Source: Pecten maximus (Eukaryota). From it: 64,000 nt of DNA. Both the position numbers and the translations under genes were made by a program. Positions 28,860 to 42,900 of this stretch are shown here, piece after piece. The notes below the pieces were generated by a model, which was not told the DNA's origin, searched no databases, and saw only the letters and a program-made list of their open reading frames with translations. The stretch lies in the NCBI RefSeq assembly GCF_902652985.1, contig NC_047015.1:45136001-45200000 (forward strand), read 5' to 3'. Position 1 is the stretch's first letter, and each line of letters opens with the position of its first letter.

Positions 28860-29046
28860 AATCATGTAATTTTTGAGGAACTTTATCATTCTGTTTATTT
28901 ACCAGTGAAATATGTTAATGTAGTATTTGTTGTGTCTAAGTCTGTTATCATACTTATGTTTGTCGTAATAATAGCTCGCATGAGCTAGTGTTTATCTGTA
29001 TGCGACGTTAAATAAAGTTTCTTATATCTTGTATCTTATATCTTGT
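28860..29046 (+). mobile_element. Possible 3' terminus of a non-LTR retroelement (CR1/L2-group-like tail)
   Basis: T-rich UTR-like stretch, hairpin TAGCTC-GCAT-GAGCTA (28972-28987), AATAAA at 29011, then a short tandem tail TATCTT(G/A) x3. The 5' boundary is uncertain. Confidence 0.4.
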
Positions 29047-29353
29047 TGTAAAATGACGGATGTAAATATCATTGACAAAGTGAAACAAAGACGATTATTT
29101 TAAGTTAAACATGTACAATGTGTAGCATTATTGTTTAACAATAGAAAGTTATTATCATAATTAAACTCATGATCACTTTTAAATAACATTGATAAACCAG
29201 ATATGTAGATTTAATATTTTCAATAAAACGATTTAAAAATTGTTTATAATTTCATTTTTATGATACAACACATATCTTATATTTTTTGTCGTAATCACAA
29301 TAATTCCAATTTTAAATATAACTAATATTATTGTATATCAACCTGACATGGCA

Positions 29354-30324
29354 AGAATTTTTAAATAAAAAGGCAAATGTAATTAAAAATATTTTTTGGA
29401 AGGAGGTACTTTCTGATCTATACATCTTTTCAAATTGTGTCGATGAAGATGACAACATATATCAACACCTATGGTACAATAATAAGATAAAAGTAGATAA
29501 CAAACCTATTTACTTCAAGAGATGGGCAGATAGAGATATTTTTTACGTATATGATCTACTAGATGAGAATGGTAGTCTAATTCAATCGTACGACATATTT
29601 TGTGCCAAACACAATTTTTACCCTCCAATCACTCAATTTTATGGTTTACGTAACGCCATCAGAGCAACTTGGTATGCTATTCAAAATAGACACCACACCT
29701 TTTCTCTACCATATTGTCCAATTCATATATACTATGTACTCACAAACAAGCAAAGAGGTCGTTCTGTTTATAATTTATTTATTAAAAACTTAAAAACAAA
29801 CAATAAATACATTACAAAATGGTCAGAAGAACTGAATTTGGTAGAAGGTACAGTATGGTGGAACAAAATAAACATAATCCCTTTTAAGATGGTTTCAATA
29901 TAGAATAATACACAGGATTATAAGTACAAACAAATATCTACATATGATAAACCTAAAGGACTCTCCATTATGTACTTTTTGTAACCGTCATACAGAAACT
30001 ATAGTCCACATTTTTTGGGAATGCAGACTAGTAGCAATCTTCTGGGAAGATTTCAAAGTATGGCTATATGATGAATCTTTAACTAATTTACAATTACATG
30101 TTACGGATGTAATCCTGGGAAAGTTACATAAAGATCAAGAAGTCAAATATCTCAATACGTTAGTATTAATAGCAAAATTCCATATTTATAAACAAAAAAT
30201 TAAAAATTGTCTCCCCTGTATTAATGGATTCATAAAAGAACTAGATTTGTATCTAAAAACAGAGGAGGTAATTTACAAAAACAACATGGAGTATGATAGT
30301 TTTGTGAAAAAATGGTCTATATAA
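29354..30324 (+). pseudogene. LINE ORF2 C-terminal remnant with zf-RVT (CCHC) zinc-binding domain, one frameshift
   Basis: LWYNNKIK...W....I..V.DL motif in 29331-29903. After a frameshift at ~29885-29890 it continues WFQYRIIHRIISTNKYL...CTFC...ETIVHIFWEC...IAKFHIYK...KKW*. Confidence 0.88.
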
Positions 30325-30640
30325 GTGAATAATTTTTCAGATCTTCTTCATACATAACATGTACTTAAAAGTAAGTCAAAAGTTTTTCTTTTTTTATACC
30401 TTTAAACACAATATATTAAAATGAGAGAAAGCGTGAGTGGAAGGTTGTTTGTTTGTTTGTCTCTGTATTCCAAAAAAAAAAAAAACCAATCCTTTTTTTT
30501 TTCTATTCATCACTTAATACGTATTGTACATCTTACTGCTGTAATGATATGTCTGTATTATTATACCATGTAATATAATGTATCTGTATGTATACTATAT
30601 GTAAAAGGATGAATAAAAAAGATTTCAAAACTGAAAAAAA
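29354..30640 (+). mobile_element. 5'-truncated L1/Tx1-type LINE insertion
   Basis: Perfect 14-bp TSD AACCTGACATGGCA at 29340-29353 and 30641-30654. Contains the ORF2 C-terminus, a ~300-nt 3' UTR, AATAAA at 30612 and an A-tail ending at 30640. Confidence 0.93.
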
Positions 30641-32349
30641 AACCTGACATGGCACTTTATACATCATACTTCCTTAAATATGAAGCTGAAATATATGACG
30701 TCACCTCAGCATTTATTAACAAATATATCTTCTGTGTCTGAAGATTCTGGCCAGTCAGTACATGTACTTATAGATTAAAATGTATTCAAATTAATGGGAG
30801 CTATGATGTGTGTGATAATACCATATAACTTGACATAGCTTTGAAATGCTAAGATAATAATATCTGTTTGATCCTTAGCATCTAAAATATATCAAAATAA
30901 CTTTTAAGATAATAATATTTTTATGTAAGCAGTTTCTTGTGTAAATGAATTATGCTAGCTAGTTTGTAGTCGAGGAGTTTATACAGATACATGATTATTA
31001 AAGTCTTTGAAGTTTTATTGATCTTTTAAACTTGACGAAAGTTTGTAGCCTACCACTGACGTGACAATAGTGACAAACCTTCCATCAGCTGTGTATCAGC
31101 CATCATTACCTTCTTTATGTATCGTAAACATTTATCATTTATCCCATGTAAAATAAATTACTTTAAAATCGTGGTTTTTCACGTAGATTTTATAGATATT
31201 TCGTTTCCCTTTGCACCACACAAATTGCTGGCTGTGTGTGAATGAATCCAAACATCGTTATTTTCCTGTATCAGATACTCATTCTATAAAATCTTGATAA
31301 TTGATATTAATAGGCTTTGTATTTTTTTTCACTTCCGTTTAGCCTTTTCCTATTCCAGTGATAAATTATATTACAGATAGTTTACTAGGTGTTTTGCTGA
31401 ATTTTTTATAAGAACGAAACATTGTTCTTAAAGTTGTGTCTACAAAATAATATAAAACCAACAAATATTTAGTTATTAATGGAATACGTAAATTACGATA
31501 TTGTTTTCGTTTTCATTCAAAACTTGGAATCTCTCTAGTCTGATACTTTGTAAATATCCTAAATATCTAATGATAATGAAATAATATTGTAAAGCCTTAT
31601 AAACTGGTTAAAACCAAATAGTTAAAATCATTTGGAGACTGTCAATTATAAACTTTGAGGTAAATCATGTATTTATATTCGGTTCAAAAATAGATATATA
31701 AATTATAAAAGATATACATATATACCGTACATTGTGTATCACTTAAACAATTTATGACTCAAATGTCAATTGAAATCACTGAGTTGGGAAAGAAACACAA
31801 ACTAATATAGAACACTTGAATAACAATAGCTTGATTTTCTTGCAAAATATGTAACACGATGAATTCATATTCAATTTAGAAACCTTCAATATATATTCAA
31901 TCCCACAAGATGTAAAATCATACTCACATACTAATATGTGTAAATATAATTATTTGAAAGTTAATATTGATGTAGAGTTATAGAAAGAGACATGGGTTGG
32001 TTATAAGCACAAAACAAATATTGTCATTATGTCATTTGATATTACTTACAGTGTTTCGATCTTATAGGTTTAATACAAATTAAATCTGTCATTTTCCCTT
32101 CTGTTTTTTATGATGAAAGGAAAAAATTATAAGAATTTCTAACGAGAAATATTGTTGGATACTATGGTCAATAAAAATATGTTAATAGATAAAACGATAA
32201 GAATATTCGTTCTGTATTTGAAGATAACGTTTTTCATCAATAGTAAGCAGTACAATAAGATTGTTAACGATATTTATCCACGATAAAGAGATACAGGTTC
32301 CAAAACGCAGTGATGCGTCCCTAGAGAGGTGACATGACTAGGTCTATGT

Positions 32350-32421
32350 GTAACCCGACCTGGTCTCAGGGCCGGACACTGTCGATGATACGCCGGGTCT
32401 CTATACCACTGGGTGACACCA
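32350..32421 (-). mobile_element. Possible decayed tRNA-derived SINE head
   Basis: The reverse complement has an A-box-like CACCCAGTGGTATAGAG and a degenerate B-box region ending GAGACCAGGTCGGGTTACAC. No intact cloverleaf. Confidence 0.22.
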
Positions 32422-33884
32422 AGCACTGGCTAACGAACTGATTTATGGCCAATATTCGTGTCCTCCAGATCGAACTGAGCGTGAGTACAACACTCCAGCT
32501 TTATAATATTATATGTCATAATACCCGAGAAGGCGGGGTCACAAAGGGCACAACCTCAGACCTCAGGTTAGGAGGTGAATGGTAGATATCTTGATTGTTT
32601 ACGATTAAAGCAAAGATAATTGGACCCACAGCAGAGTTTAGGAGTAACAAGGATTCCCCAAGTATAATACCATACACTGGACATTCCCTATTTCTCATGT
32701 AATACATTTTCCCCATTTCAAACAGTTTAATAAAATCAATAGTATTTAACAGGAATAAGACCACAGACTATAATATATCTTACCCTTTTATTTTACTATT
32801 TTCATATTTTCAATCTCCCATAATTACGTTTAACTACATACCGATACAAATAATGAGTTGAACAAAACATTGCATTTAATATTTTAGTGCTATGTTATGC
32901 AAAAATATTTCATAAAATTTATTTGATTGAAAATCAATATTTTGAGAAAATGAAATGACAAAGAACTATTAATTCCGGTCTGTTACACAATGTGTCATTT
33001 CAGATTTCAGTTCTTTGGCTGTAGGTGTTTCACTAATTGCAGAGGAAACGAAAACAAGAACATAAATTGTATGATGTACACGAATTATTCTATCAAACCC
33101 CTCTGTTTATAAAGCATAGAGAGAAACACTTCAGGTGACAGATCAACATAAAAGGAAATAGTTTTATGAAATTAATGAGGCGAATAAATAGTACCTGTAA
33201 TTTAAAACAAAAAAATGAAGCAATATCGTGACATTGTTCTCTCGCATATGATTGACTGCAGCCTGAGTAGACATATCAGCCTCCTTAAACGGAGATTAGA
33301 AGAAAGATAGAAACAAAAGATACTAAATTATTAGTGACTCATTAACAGCGACACCACGACAAAGAGCGGACGATAAGACCACACAAAATTAACTTTAATC
33401 TGTTAAACAGTGCTTTAGAGAGTTTAACTATCTATACAAATAGCCTTGTCTGATAGCGATCTCAGAAGTAATTAGGTGCCGCCACCTGGCATCAGTCTAC
33501 CTGTGATGTAGGTGGGGATTAGGAGATTATGAACATGGAAATTGGTACAAAGCAGGTAAGACAAGCAGAAGTTCAAAAGGTGCACACACCTTACTATTTA
33601 TATTGGGTTAGTAATTAAAGCATCAAAGGATTCCAGGATAAAATATTCATAAATCAGAAGAAGGAAATACCTTTAAAATAAAACACTACACGAAAAAAGA
33701 GTGAAACTGATATATAGCGGGAAGTAATTTTGCAAATGTTACATTTCAAAATACATGAAATTTTATATCGTATTTTATGTAATGTACCATATACACTTAA
33801 TCCCTCTAAATGGTTCCATGTGAAATACCTCTGCATCGACATTAGAAACTTAAACTCATTTGAAAAGACCAGAATAAACCAAAC

Positions 33885-34335
33885 CATACTGGAAAACGTA
33901 TGTAAAAATGTATTACACTTGTAAAACTGTATTACACGTGTAAAAATGCATTACACCAGTAAAATGCATTCAACCTGTAAAAACGTATTACACTTGAAAA
34001 AATGTATTACGCTTGTATAAATGTACTACACCTGTAAAAATGTAAACACCTATGAAAATGTATAAAACCTGTAAAAAATATTACACCTGTAAAAATATTT
34101 CACCTTTAAAAACGTATAACACCTGTAACAATGTATTACAGATGTAAAAATATTACACCTGTAAAAATACTACACCTGTAAAAACGTATTGCACCTGTAC
34201 AATTGTTTTCCATATGTAAAAATGTATTACACCTGTAAAAATGTATTACACATGTAAAAATGTATTACACCTGTAAAAATGTATTACACATGTAAAAATA
34301 TTACAGCTGTAAAACGTATTACACCTGTATAAAGT
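33885..34335. repeat. Degenerate 18/19-bp minisatellite (TAAAAATGTATTACACCTG)
   Basis: TGTATTAC at 34223, 34242 and 34261. Confidence 0.92.
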
Positions 34336-35082
34336 ATTATACCGCTAAAAATTAGTAACCATGCGTTTTCCGGCAAACAAAGTGTATACACAAATAAATT
34401 GGCAACGTTTATTGATAAACAACACAAAAGAGGGCTACAAGATATCAGTAACGTTAGAACGCATACGATCTGTAACATTTTGCACATCATTTTCGATATA
34501 AGGAAGTATATGCTACTAAGTACTTTTCGTTTAAAAACATGACTTTGTATATTTCCAAAATATGTTTTACACAACTCCTCTCAAGGTATTAGAATAAAAG
34601 CTGTATTTCTGACGTGAAACAGATACACATCACTGTTCGTACAAACGATGAGATTATTTGGTCAAAAAGTTCACAGAAAGTTATAAATGACTCTAACAGA
34701 TATTTTATCGTAGCCCCCATCACGAGGAATGGTACTGTATGTAACGGACGCTGTACTGCACTGACCAGCGATATGATCTAGGGAGGGACAGTGAGATGTT
34801 CTGGTTCATAAAATAGACCAGCCGTCGAAAGAGTTTAAAAATCGTATAAAACACGAAGGTGCTGAGGTGTGGCGATGATGGAACTATCTAGTTGGGAAAT
34901 ACATCACATCTATATATGTTCTAATGTTATTGATTCTGAACAAACAGACCATGGGCGCTTGTTACAGAGGAACATTGGGAAGTACACTTTAACATCGTAA
35001 ACTTATTTTTAAAGTACGTATACAGTCAATGACCTAAAACTCAATTGCGGTCAAATTCTCTATTTCTGTTAGTATTCCCATT

Positions 35083-35116
35083 CGGCGGCGACGACGACGA
35101 CGACGATGATGACGAT
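35083..35116. repeat. Compound trinucleotide microsatellite (CGG/CGA/TGA)
   Basis: CGGCGGCGACGACGACGACGACGATGATGACGAT. Confidence 0.8.
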
Positions 35117-35313
35117 ATGATATTCCAGTTTTTATTTATACAATTATTGTATGTAGATTAATGTTGATAATAACATATAATAACATCAATAATGTATTAA
35201 GAGGCCTTAAAATATTGCAATTGAACTATTCCTAGTCATTTTAACATCTAAAAAACAGTGACATATGTTTATAAACATCTAAACTTCTTAAATAAATACT
35301 ATCAGATAAATCC

Positions 35314-35457
35314 NNNNNNNNNNNNNNNNNNNNNNNNNNNNNNNNNNNNNNNNNNNNNNNNNNNNNNNNNNNNNNNNNNNNNNNNNNNNNNNNNNNNNNN
35401 NNNNNNNNNNNNNNNNNNNNNNNNNNNNNNNNNNNNNNNNNNNNNNNNNNNNNNNNN
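35314..35457. other. Assembly gap (144 N)
   Basis: Run of N. Confidence 1.
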
Positions 35458-35729
35458 CTCTGAACAAGTACAACTTGTGTTGGGTTACTCCCAACAAAAC
35501 ACTGGCTTTCCTCGAGACACGCATTCGCTTAAACGCTCCGAAAATTAATACGATTATCCGATATGACCATTCCAGGAGGGACATTTTCCAACAAAATATC
35601 CAAACAGCTTATGATCATGAGTTATTTCGTCATTTGGAACATTCAAAATTCTTCCGTTCGGTCACAACACTTGCAGTCCCTTTGTCTCTGCTTTGTCAGG
35701 TTATGGTATTTCAATGAGATGACACTTAA

Positions 35730-35812
35730 CCCTTTCAACCCTAAGAAACTTCAGTGGAGTGTGCCATTCTTTCATAATGTGAAGTCCAATATGGTCAGTA
35801 GGAGTGAAAGGG
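35730..35812. mobile_element. 83-bp piggyBac-like MITE with TTAA TSD
   Basis: TTAA|CCCTTTCAACCCTA ... TAGGAGTGAAAGGG|TTAA. TIRs match at 12 of 14 positions. TTAA at 35726-35729 and 35813-35816. Confidence 0.75.
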
Positions 35813-36824
35813 TTAAGTGGGATGGCCTCTTGATCTATTGATACCATCTTCGTACGACCTTTCGCGAGGATACCAAATGAATGCAAAAATACTTTAACAC
35901 TACTGTAGTTTGGTGAGCATCCAAAACACTTTACAAAATCAAAGTACTGAAGTGCTTATCTGCTGAAAAGTTTACGAAAGAAATTGCGACGTAGTGCTGA
36001 AGTTAACACTTGCTGGAATCGAAGAAGAGGGACATCTGATGCAGAGATAAAAGCAGGCAGGATTAAGGGAGTACACCATTTTAACTATGTAGTGCAAACG
36101 TCGAGGTTCAGAGGCCACAAGCCCCTGGTAAACCCTGTTAGCGGGATCCAATTTAAGGTTGTTCAAGCTTAATAGCAGTATGTGTTCCAGGTATTTAATG
36201 AATGGTAAATTTGAGGATTTTGTGTGTTTTTTCGTTTGGAAAACAATGATGTAAAGAAGTCATACTAAGAGAGAGTGGTCCAATGGGAGATTTAACCAGT
36301 CATTAGGGGATTTTTAGGTTAGAGGAAAATAATTCTACAGCAGAAAGTTACCAATAAACGATAAAGTGGGGGGCTGTATTTAACCCTGAATGACCAGTAT
36401 TAATATATGATTGTCATGCCATTTTTCTTATCTAAGGATTTTAGAATTAAACCGTAATTGCCTTGAAATTCCGAGCAGATTAACTGTGGGCGATAACTTC
36501 ATGAAGAAGATGGTTAGCATTACTAAAACCTTCAACCCTAATGTACGTCGCCAACGACACTCGGGAAATATCTTCAATACCAAACACTAAGATGAAAGAA
36601 AAGCCTCTAATGGGAAAATGCCTTACTTGTTAGAGAATTAGCCAAAACATCACATCTATCAAGAAGTGTCCTGTAGTTAGAACAGGTGCTTGCTTGAGTA
36701 ACGAATAATTAACAGTGAAGCTTGAACATCTTATAAAAGGAGGATGGTATGTCACAGCGAAAGTTAGTATATAGGATAGACAACTCTCTTAATTCGTTCA
36801 AGGTCTTCTATCTTAAATCTAATA

Positions 36825-39290
36825 GTAATACGTCAGGACCATACAACAATACATCATCATAATACGTCAGTACAATACAACAATACATCATCATAATACG
36901 TCAGTACCATACAACAATACATCATCATAATACGTCAGTACCATACAACAATACATCATCATAATACGTCAGGACCATACAACAATACATCATCATAATA
37001 CGTCAGGACCATACAACAACACATCATCATAATACGTCAGGACCATACAACAATACATCATCATAATACGTCAGTACAATACAACAATACATCATCATAA
37101 TACGTCAGTACCATACAACAATACATCATAGTACGTCAGTACCGTACAACAATACATCATAATACGTCAGTACAATACAACAATACATCATAATACGTCA
37201 GTACAATACAACAATACATCATAATACGTCAGTACAATACAACAATACATCATAATACGTCAGTACCATACAACAATACATCATAATACGTCAGTACCAT
37301 ACAACAATACATCATAATACGTCAGTACCATACAACAATACATCATAATACGTCAGTACCATACAACAATACATCATAATACGTCAGTACAATACAACAA
37401 TACATCATAATACATCAGTACCATACAACAATACATCATAATACGTCAGTACAATACAACAATACATCATCATAATACGTCAGTACAATACAACAATACA
37501 TCATAATACGTCAGTATCATACAACAATACATCATCATAATACGTCAGTACAATACAACAATACATCATAATACGTCAGTACCATACAACAATACATCAT
37601 AATACGTCAGTACAATACAACAATACATCATCATAATACGTCAGTACCATACAACAATACACCATAATACGTCAGTACCGTACAACAATACATCATCATA
37701 ATACGTCAGTACAATACAACAATACATCATAATACGTCAGTATCATACAACAATACATCATCATAATACGTCAGTACAATACAACAATACATCATAATAC
37801 GTCAGTACCATACAACAATACATCATCATAATACGTCAGTACCATACAACAATACATCATAATACGTCAGTACCATACAACAATACATCATAATACGTCA
37901 GTACCATACAACAATACATCATAATACGTCAGTACCATACAACAATACATCATCATAATACGTCAGTACCATACAACAATACATCATCATAATACGTCAG
38001 TACCATACAACAATACATCATCATAATACGTCAGTACCATACAACAATACATCATAATACGTCAGTACCATACAACAATACATCATAATACGTCAGTACC
38101 ATACAACAATACATCATAATACGTCAGTACCATACAACAATACATCATCATAATACGTCAGTACCATACAACAATACATCATAATACGTCAGTACCATAC
38201 AACAATACATCATAATACGTCAGTACCATACAACAATACATCATCATAATACGTCAGTACCATACAACAATACATCATAATACGTCAGTACCATACAACA
38301 ATACATCATAATACGTCAGTACCATACAACAATACATCATATTACGTCAGTACCATACAACAATACATTATCATAATACGTCAGTACAATACAACAATAC
38401 ATCATAATACGTCAGTACCATACAACAATACATCATCATAATACGTCAGTACCATACAACAATACATCATCATACGTCAGTACCATACAACAATACATCA
38501 TAATACGTCAGTATCATACAATACATCATAATACGTCAATACCATACAACAATACATCATCATAATACATCAGTATCATACAACAATACATCATAATACG
38601 TCAGTACAATACAACAATACATCATAATACGTCAGTACCATACAATACATCATCATAACACGTCAGTACCATACAACAATACATCATCATAATACGTCAG
38701 TACCATACAACAATACATCATAATACGTCAGTACCATACAGCAATACATCATAATACGTCAGTACAATACAACAATACATCATCATAATACGTCAGTACC
38801 ATACAACAATACATCATCATACGTCAGTACCATACAACAATACATCATCATAATACGTCAGTACCATACAACAATACATCATAATACGTCAGTACCATAC
38901 AACAATACATTATCATAATACGTCAGTACCATACAGCAATACATCATCATAATACGTCAGTACCATACAACAATACATCATCATAATACGTCAGAACAAT
39001 ACAACAATACATCATCATAATACGTCAGGACCATACAACAATACATCATCATAATACGTCAGTACCATACAACAATACATCATAATACGTCAGTACCATA
39101 CAACAATACATCATAATACGTCAGTACCATACAACAATACATCATCATAATACGTCAGTATCATACAACAATACATCATAATACGTCAGTACCATACAAC
39201 AATACATCATAATACGTCAGTACCATACAACAATACATCATAATACGTCAGTACCATACAACAATACGTCATAATACGTCATTACATTAC
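36825..39290. repeat. 31/34-bp minisatellite (TAATACGTCAGTACCATACAACAATACATCA[TCA]), ~75 copies
   Basis: GTAC at 37201, 37232 and onward. Units differ by one TCA. Confidence 0.98.
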
Positions 39291-39789
39291 GTCCATACAT
39301 CATCATAATATATGAGCCTTCTACGTCTATACAAAACCATACTCCTAAACATTAAGTCGACACGACGACACAATGACGTTAATAAACACCAATACGGCAG
39401 GCTGATAAAATCCAACAATTTGTTCCATTTTTAAAACTTCGGAAAAACTAGTCAAAACTTCATCATTAGGTTAGGTGTAATGGTATACCCTATTGTTTTT
39501 AATTATAAAATTATGTTATGTAAAATAATACTCTAATCCAATTTAATATAGCACATGCCATACAACTGACTTTCCATAGATTAGACACATTGGTACTATG
39601 CGGCGATTGTGCCTGCTCATCCGGGCACTTATCAAAATTGACGCAAAATTGAAAGTGAATCTATTGTGACGTCACTGTTGGATTCAGACGACGAAAATGG
39701 CTGACGAAGACAGGCCCCCGATGTTGAAATATTCCGTTGAATATTAAGATTAGCAAAGTAAAATGGAATTTTGGTTTACCGAAAAATAA

Positions 39790-39916
39790 ATTGCATTCTT
39801 TTGAGGGCATTATGGTATGATAGTGTTGTCCCGATATGGAATAGTACCTTCTCCTCGGGTACTACGCCCTCCCTCGACAACACTATCAGACCATAATGCC
39901 CTCAAAAGAAGGCAAT
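39790..39916. repeat. 41-bp inverted repeat (2 mismatches) around a 45-bp spacer; probably the end of a non-autonomous DNA element
   Basis: Arm 39790-39830 ATTGCATTCTTTTGAGGGCATTATGGTATGATAGTGTTGTC pairs with arm 39876-39916. The spacer has an inner hairpin TAGTACC...GGTACTA. Confidence 0.85.
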
Positions 39917-42900
39917 AACATATTATTAGCATCTAATGAACACCTATTTTCGTGTATCTTTTTTTGTGTGTAATATGAAGTTTCAGGTAACAGATTAAAT
40001 CCACATTGAAGTTAAACACGAATTATTCCTATTCATAGAAGTTTTGTTTTTGTAGTTGTGTTTTATAACGTTTTGTTGGAGGTCAATATTGACCCAAATG
40101 GCAGTATTGTGCTATCTAACTGACTCGATATCAATTTGTTATTGATATACAGGAGTCATTTTACATATAAAGTCTGCCATGGTACCGCTGCATGCTATTC
40201 TGCCTTATAAGGAAGTCAACCGCTATAAATTAGGTAGAAAATCAAGTGTAAATATATTTTTGTCTACATCATAACATGTCTACAACGAGCGGCTGGAATT
40301 GAATGTCTATATTGTCTATAAAAGAGATTTAGTGTGGAAGAAATCGGAGGAAATGATAGCAATAAGATTTCCGATGTAATGAATTGTCAACTCTACCCAA
40401 CACAATCGATGATATAGTCGGCCGCTGCACGGTCCCTCAATCTAATACACATAAAAATGGATATTATTCTGGTCCCACAAAATACTCACAGTGTGCCTGT
40501 ATATAGGTCTATCTCTTCGGCCGTTGCTATTGAGCAGATAACTATGAAAATAGAAAACAGCATCCATAAAAATACTAAAATGGGATCTATATGTATATAT
40601 ACATACATAAAGGGAAACACATGAAATTAAAATGGGTAAATAGTGAAGATCTACCTTGTGTTCAATGTTTTATTATGTTAGAGAATACAGTTTTCAGGAT
40701 TATTTAAACAAAAGGTTATAAATATTGTCATGATTGGCAAAAGGGCGCCTGTAAAGTTGGTAATATATAATGCAGAATACATTTTACAAATCATTTTAGT
40801 TACTAGAAGCATTACATTGTATTTTTAAATATCAAACAAGGTTCTAGTTGTCAACATACAATTGCGAAGACAATAACGACCGAATCTAAATCTTGTAGGG
40901 TATTTTTTTCAGAAATGAAACAAATTTGACAAAAAAAATATTGTGTCCTCATAAAGCAAAAATATAGCCTAGTTATGTTAATTAACCACTCAAATAAAAT
41001 CAGAGATGATATTTTTTTAAGGGTTACGTCAAATTATGTTTATAGAATCTTTCCCCTTACAATATAGTAATATTCCCTTAACAAAACCCACCTATAAATA
41101 GCCTTGTTAAAATTAATGACTTGTCACTTTTGTAATTGTTGTTTCTTGCAAAGAATATACCCGAATATATTATTGTCACACCCATTTTACTAACAGCTGT
41201 TGTCACCACATGGCAAGAGCAATTAAGTAGACTTGTTCTTCGGGTATTGAGGAGTTTGTATAGCTAAGACATATTTACTCACACCCGGAGCCAAAGTGGC
41301 TGATTCCTGCTGCACCTACATGTACGGCAACCGACCTGATGTCCATTGTCAAACCCGGAATCCTTTGTAGGTAAACAATAATATTTTATATGCATGACAT
41401 AAACATGTTGCTACATCACGATTTCAAGACAATAGACCTAATAACGGCCTTATACAACAGGTCAAATTCAAAAGAGTCATTAACCGACTACATAATTTGT
41501 TTCTACAGTTACCTCGTTATAAAATATATTTTAGATCACACAATGATATATCTATATAATCAAGTACATTTTTATCTTTAATCAGTCTGCTTAACGGATT
41601 CGTCGAACAATAAATTATACTGTTACCAATCCTAAATAGTCTCAAACCCTTACAGACATTTGATTCAATTAAGATAGTGGCGATTTAATTTCTCCTAGTT
41701 TTCATAATGCTCTTAATTTTACTAGATTGCATGCAATCAGCATTCGTAAGTCCGGTCAATTAGTCTTAATCAAACAAATGCAGTAGCTGCTTTCTACAGT
41801 TGTTCAACAGAACCACTTTCTGATGTCTAACCACAATATATAAAGTAATCCGTGACAATGATTGTTCACGCCTATATATGATTAAAATAATACTTCTAAA
41901 ACAATAAATGAACAACTTCTAAATACTCAACGTTATTTTTTTTTCTTTTGTGGACTGTAAACGAAGCCGTAATTGTATATCTAATTCTTAAAATGATAGC
42001 TAAAATATGACAAATATGGATACATTTGACGACAAGATATAGAGGTGAATAGAATAAGGTCATGCGTTCGGGAAGGATCAGCGTCGCCTGCTATATCGAA
42101 ATGACAACTAGAACAGTGACAAAGGAACTGACACACAAATTAAGGATCATTTCAAAATGAGACCTGGAACAATGAAAAAGGAACTGACACACATTTTAAC
42201 GATAATCTCAAACATGAAGTCACACAAAAGAATATAATTTTCTCAATGAAATCATGATGTCGACAACAACTTTCTTGAATATTTAATAAACATGTATCCT
42301 TTGAAGCCCTATCTTGTGGTTTTTCCTTCATCTGTCGACATCTATTAAAAAGGTGGTGAAAATGTATCGCGTTCGTGAACAGCACCACACGTATCATATA
42401 GTTTAGTAGTAAGCTATTCACATTAGTAAACCACCTCTTCATTGTTATAAAATGTGTTCTGTTTCAGTTATTGTTTTGATAGTGTAGCACAGTGTAAACT
42501 AAAATCACAGGTGACATTACCTTACCTTGTGACACAACACTTATATCATGACAATATGTTTTTCATTGAATATTTTCCCAACCGAAAAAAAAACTCTGTT
42601 TAATCCATTAACTTATCTTTTAAAAATATCTTTCTACGTATTTCATAATTTTTAAGAAATACATTGATAAGAAGCTTACCATTCTTAGCAAGTAAGTGTT
42701 ACAGTATTGTATTCCTTCGAATATTTTAATTTAAAAGCCAAAAAATTATTAACCAAAACATGTTGGAAAAAAGCAGGGAAATAAAACAAAACAAAACAAA
42801 AATAAAAACCGACATATCACCACGAGAGCTCATACACCACTACCAGATTACGTTTTGCCCTCGAAAGGCATACCAGGTCAAAAACGCTGACAGCCAACCC

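Noticed and set aside
35258-35584. ORFs spanning the N run
   Set aside because: Artefacts of the assembly gap.
42056-42100. GGTCATGCGTTCGGGAAGGATCAGCGTCGCCTGC, resembling a common mollusc repeat end
   Set aside because: Too short and too diverged to define boundaries or a family.
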